DNA of 63,939 bases, the filler included, from Octopus bimaculoides (Eukaryota): the NCBI RefSeq assembly GCF_001194135.2. It is 7 parts of 6 records of this genome, joined end to end, with 100 filler letters (N's around TTAATTAATTAA, not from the genome) between each part and the next. Parts side by side here need not be neighbours in the genome. Positions count along the whole stretch, not along the records: positions 57,677 to 62,509 come from NC_068982.1; positions 62,610 to 63,939 come from NW_026346026.1; 5 more parts are not named here. The stretch is one strand, 5' to 3'. The notes beneath the pieces are model-generated. The model had not been told where the DNA came from, ran no database searches, and saw only the letters and a program-made list of their open reading frames with translations. Shown piece after piece: positions 61,651 to 63,939 of the stretch. A program made the translations under genes and the position numbers. Positions within the stretch are counted from its first letter, which is position 1; every line of letters begins with the position of its first letter.

Positions 61651-61904
61651 TATTCCTTCACGAGCTATGCTTAGCTCATAAACCGGTTTCTCGGTTTCAT
61701 TGGCGTAGAGGTTCCTCATCTAGACGGGACGCTGGTCCGTCTCAGAACACACACACACACATTGTTCAAAATTGTGTACAAAACAAGAAACAAAAGACAG
61801 ATGAGGGAGAGAGAGAGAACAGATTATCTTTTTATAAATGTGTTGGAAAATACGTGCCTATTTTGAAATTACATTATCTAGATGCCTAAAAGTCCGGCAT
61901 AATA

Positions 61905-62070
61905 ACGGGATGGTCATGGTTAGAGAGGCGTCGATCATTTGATTACAATGTCACGGTTGACCTGAAGCGAAACAATAACAAAGGAGCAACGAAGAGCCTC
62001 GCGGGACCTGCCAGAAATAACAGCCAAACCTCACTCAAATCACAGCTTTAAAACAAAAATCAGAGACCAC
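61905..62070 (+). mobile_element. SINE tail family (AGAAATAACAGCCAAA)
   Basis: Shared with 28780-29105. Confidence 0.55.
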
Positions 62071-62509
62071 ATTAGGTGACTGGTCATTGAGTACCGTATA
62101 TCATCAATGTGCTGCTCATTGAGGGTCGACCTTGGGTTCGACAGTGACCACTACCACAACCGTTACTATATCACTATAACGCCATCAATACTATAGAGAG
62201 TTTCTATATTACATGCTAAGGGTCAGTGATCAATTAAGTAATCAATAACAGTATGACTGATCGATTTTGTTTCAGAGTATTGTTGAAGTCTTTTGTTGGT
62301 TGGCCGCCTCGTTTTTTTTTTTTGTCCTGGAATTGTTTATTCAATTGTCTCTGACATTGAGATGGCGGTGGTGGTGATGGTGGTGGTGATGGTGGTGGTG
62401 ATGGTGGTGGTGATGGCGGTGGCGGTGGTAGGGATGCTGGTGGTGAGGCTGGAGGTGGTGGTGCTGGGGGCATGAAGTTACGATTTATTAATTTACATTA
62501 TATCTTATT

Positions 62510-62609
62510 NNNNNNNNNNNNNNNNNNNNNNNNNNNNNNNNNNNNNNNNNNNNTTAATTAATTAANNNNNNNNNNNNNNNNNNNNNNNNNNNNNNNNNNN
62601 NNNNNNNNN
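62510..62609. other. Artificial contig-joining linker
   Basis: 44N-TTAATTAATTAA-44N. Confidence 0.95.
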
Positions 62610-63939
62610 ACAAATAAATATATAAATAAACAGATAAATATATAAATATATATATATATATGAATAAATAAACATATATAAATAAACAAATATATAGATA
62701 AATAAATATATAAATAAATAAATAACTACATAAATAAATATATGAATAAATAAATATATATAAATAAATATATATAAAATAAATATATATATATAAATAA
62801 ATATATAAATACATAAATATATAAATAAATAAATATATAAATGAATATATAAATAAATAAATATATATATATGAATAAATAAATATATAAATAAATATAT
62901 ATATAAATAAATATAACAATAAATAAATAAATATATATATAAATAAATGAGAATAAATAAATAAACATATATATAAATAAATAGATATATATAAATATAT
63001 AAATATATAAATATAATAAATATATATAAATAAATATATATATATATATGAAAAAATATATATATATACAAATAAATATATAAATAAATATATAAATAAA
63101 TAAATATATAAAGAAACAAATATATAAATAAACAGATTAATATATAAATATATATATATATGAATAAATAAATATATATAAATATATATATTTATATAGA
63201 TAAATAAATATATATAATTAAATATATAAATACATATAAATAAATAAATATATATAAATAAATATATAAATACATAAATATATAAATAAATATATAAATA
63301 AATAAATATATATGTATGACTAAATAAAGAAAAAAAGCAACATATATGAATAAATATATGAATAAATATATGAATAAATATATATATAAATAAACATATA
63401 TATTAATGAATAGATATATATATATATATAAATATAAATAAATAAATATATTAATAAATAAATATATATAAATATATATATATATATATGAAATAATAAA
63501 TATATATATAAATAAATAAATAAATAAATAAATATATATATATACAAATAAATATATATAAAATATATGTATTTAAATAAATATATACATATGAATAAAT
63601 ATATATATAAATAAATAAATATGGAATTCAATATGTATAAAAAAGAAATAAAAATATATAAAATATATATTAATATAAATAAATAAAAATATATATAAAT
63701 AAATATATAACTAAATAAATATATAAATAAATATATATATAAATAAATATATAAAGAAATATATATATAAATAAATATATATATAAATAAATACATATAT
63801 ATAAATAAATAAATATATAAAGAAATAAATATATGAATAAATAAATATATAAAAAATATATATAAATACATAAATATATATAAATAAAAATATATATAAA
63901 TAAATAAATGGATATGTAACTAAAAATATAAATAAATAT
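62610..63939. repeat. 1.3-kb degenerate (ATAA)/(AT) low-complexity array
   Basis: Almost only A and T, A-rich on the plus strand. Confidence 0.95.

Noticed and set aside
62234-63871. Proline-rich and YIYL ORFs
   Set aside because: Translations of (GTG/ATG) and AT low-complexity repeats

Overview
Eukaryotic, very AT-rich, microsatellite- and retroelement-dense animal DNA. The repeat families look like those of an octopus; this is recognition from memory, not a database result. The window is not one locus. Six identical 100-nt spacers (44 N + TTAATTAATTAA + 44 N) join seven pieces: 1-9003, 9104-17579, 17680-47221, 47322-52702, 52803-57576, 57677-62509 and 62610-63939. Mobile DNA dominates: R4/Dong-type and HERO-type REL non-LTR retrotransposons, RTE LINEs, a Penelope-like RT/GIY-YIG element, mariner remnants, two MITE types and several tRNA-derived SINE families. 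All recognisable TE ORFs are broken. Host coding sequence is limited to short exons that the ORF track mostly misses: a compact 4-exon gene with a signal peptide (15333-16498, +), a phase-compatible exon chain of an unidentified protein (28653-23015, -) and one chitin-binding CBM14 exon (53662-53823, +). The most interesting signal is a non-coding element with a tRNA-like Pol III head, an (AAT)n linker and a body carrying a minimal Penelope-type hammerhead ribozyme motif. It occurs twice as a divergent inverted dimer, each bounded by a 12-13 bp target-site duplication (26890-27270 and 30128-30548). Two or three other hammerhead-motif families occur elsewhere. No copy in the window has a fully intact core, so ribozyme activity is inferred from the consensus only. 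Family assignments rest on hand-read motifs, and most repeat boundaries are approximate.
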